A model generated the notes under the pieces. The model saw only the letters and a program-made list of their open reading frames with translations. It had not been told where the DNA came from and did no database searches. The position numbers were made by a program, and so were the translations under genes. This document shows, piece by piece, positions 61,469 to 64,000 of a stretch of 64,000 nt of DNA. Numbering within the stretch: the first letter of the stretch is position 1; every line of letters begins with the position of its first letter. Origin of the DNA: Ophelia neglecta (taxonomy: Eukaryota); assembly GCA_965285935.1 (NCBI GenBank), contig OZ260662.1, positions 90,520,001 to 90,584,000 on the forward strand, in the 5' to 3' direction.

Positions 61469-64000
61469 TATGAATTATATATCTGTAAACTGAGACACCT
61501 CTTCAGCTTTCTTCCACGTGACTTGCATGCCAGTAATATAATATGTAAAGTATCAAATTTACAGAGCAGATAGGCCTATAATAAATTTACTAAGATCCAA
61601 TATTAATATAATGTTATGTAAATCTCGAAAACAAACATTTGAATAGAACACAATTAAGATTTACATTTGAAACCAACATACAAATTAACCCGTGTGTCAA
61701 GATTGGTAAAATACACGGAAATAATTAGAAAATGTGAGGGTGGAGGTTACACCTAGCAATGGCGGTGGTTAACTGTTCTTCACTTGCGGACTCTGATACA
61801 AAAAATTCTGGTGGGTTTGATGTGCAAAATAATGTTACATTAATTTGAAGGATCCCTTCCCAACTAGTTGATTTCTGATACATACCCAACACATATATGA
61901 GATGGCTCCTTTGTAAGACAATCTATATATTTACTTTAAATGTAAACAGATTATAAATTTAAAATAATCTCAGTATTAAACGGACATCAATCAACTGGTA
62001 GTGTGACCCAGCTTAAAAAGTTGTGCACCAGTTACACATAATACGACCAAGATAATGTGTCTCGTAAATACGCATATTTATACGTATATTTTGACTAGTA
62101 AAGGAACAAGAGGTTTATGACTTAGTCTTCAAGGTCCTTTCTGCAGGCAGAATTGCATACAACTTTTCAGGACTACTAGCATATCGTAATAACATGACAA
62201 AAGATTCAAAATCAATTTAAGTCTTTCGAAGTCATTGTTAAAGTTGTTGTGCCACAGTACTAAAGTATAGGTGTTATAACCATCCTGATATGCTACTTTC
62301 AACTTTTTTAAGGCTTTAGAAATGCTGTCCCGTTGGTACCAGGTTAAATACGAATTATCCTGTTATACTGCCGCAATCCGGCTTCAAACAGTGTCCGACT
62401 GAGTCCGACCGTCAGGATTATCGACGGCCGACCGTTGTTCAGGCATTTCTATAATACGACAACCTAAAAATGAGACCATCCAAGGCATGCGCATAGAAGC
62501 TACAATCAATAAGTTGAATATTAGGTCAACCTGATGTATACCCTGACAAAAAAAACCGCGAATGGAAGTTGGTCCAATTCCGCTAGTAAAGAACAACTGC
62601 CGTTACATAGTTATATATTCGTCTAGTAACCGTTTTGGAGATTAGATTAATATAAGGGTATATATATAACAGAATGATTCATAGAGAACCTACTGTCAAC
62701 GGGACCGCGCTTTTAAGGCCATTCTAACAATTTTTACAAATTGACAAATTTAAAGTTCTTATCAGCTCATGGTCTATCTGGGTCATAATAACGGTGGCGA
62801 TTGGAACCTATTGGACCTGTACCACCCTGCCTAGAAGCTTTTTAGTTCAATATACCCGCGTAATTTATTGATATAAAACCTGCAAGTACTGATCGTCAAG
62901 CCTGATCTTAATATCTTTATTTGTGTATTATAACATGCATAATGTATAAATACTGCCTTAATAAACCATCGTTTTTACGTATTATTGATAATAGGTGAAC
63001 TGACAAAATACGCTTTTCTAAGTAGCTGTCTTATACGTTTAGTAGGTTCCCGAGATGCAAGGCTTTGAACGCTTTTGGCGTGAAAACTAATTTATTTTAG
63101 CCCATATCTATGGCTTCAAAGCACTCGTAACCAAAGCACGTTGATATTCTTGGTGTCTTTCTTTTGGTTGCTTCAATATTATCCGCTCAAAAACATGAGT
63201 TATTTCTGAGGCAACAACGGCGCTTTCTGCTATTCATTATATTACACACCAAACATGAATTCGTTCCAGAATTGGATTGCAAATCAACTCATGCAGATTG
63301 GAAGTCAACTCATCCAGCCTTTCACAAACTTAATCAATGTCCTATATAAAGACCAAGAAACACAATCCTTGCTTAGAATTAGTCGAGGCTAGTTACACTT
63401 TGAAAAATGGCAGTGCCGAGATGTATTACAAAGTTATCACTACCACTCGATTGTGAACGAGACAAATATTAATGATTCTTTCTACGGTTTAATCACATCA
63501 CTTTTGTTGTCACCTGTATGGTCGGGGCACTCAATTGGATAAGCCCCGAAGGCTGTGTAAAATGATCCACTAATATGATTGATAATTCATGGTGTTTCAA
63601 TCACACCAAACATTTTCTCTCACGAGCATGAATGGCTAATGATCTGATTGGATCGACCTTTTACACTAAGAAGATATTACGCTGGTGTGTTTTTGGGAAG
63701 CATTCACGACTAAAAGGCTTTTACAGTGCGATGTTATTATCGTAACAAAACACTCCATTTTCATACCGGCACCAGTGTATATCTGTAATTAATATCATTC
63801 CGACTGAGTGCGGGGATATCGTATGCAACCATAATAATAGTACAGACCTAGTTCAGATACGAGTGAAAAGAAGAAGACTTATTCGTCATGTAGTATTAAA
63901 TCTATTATTTATCTCTTTGAATGTTAAAGACCAAAACTAGTGACATCTATCATCCGTCAGGTTCCTTTAACTAGTTTGTCGATCGTCAACTGTCCCCTTC

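Noticed and set aside
57325-64000. Signal-peptide (first) exon of the minus-strand receptor
   Set aside because: The best donor checked (~59370) has an in-frame stop just upstream; no ATG-hydrophobic-phase-1 donor unit was found, so it is probably beyond the window.

Overview
AT-rich, intron-containing animal genomic DNA. A lophotrochozoan invertebrate is inferred from the gene families; there are no prokaryotic features. (1) Positions 1-28.5 kb look empty in the ORF track but appear to hold a head-to-tail array of three heavily decayed copper amine oxidase (AOC1/AOC3-type)-like pseudogenes on the + strand: copy A <1-10789, copy B ~17890-22683, copy C ~24440-28450. Their recognisable blocks fall in AOC domain order and match one another. 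All three lack the N-Y(TPQ)-D/E cofactor motif and share a Gly at the Asn position, which suggests the ancestor was already a non-catalytic AOC-like protein. Copy A is intron-rich where B and C appear intron-less. (2) An intact + strand gene (33049-33189, 41921-42663) encodes an LDLa + TM + two PPSY protein of LDLRAD3/4-PMEPA1-like architecture. (3) A convergent intact - strand gene (six exons, 57324-49769, first exon not found) encodes a SUEL lectin + CUB-like + sushi-like + TM receptor with a Tyr-motif tail. The rest is MITEs, retroelement remnants, minisatellites and dispersed repeats. All homology calls are by eye against recalled family sequences and need database confirmation.
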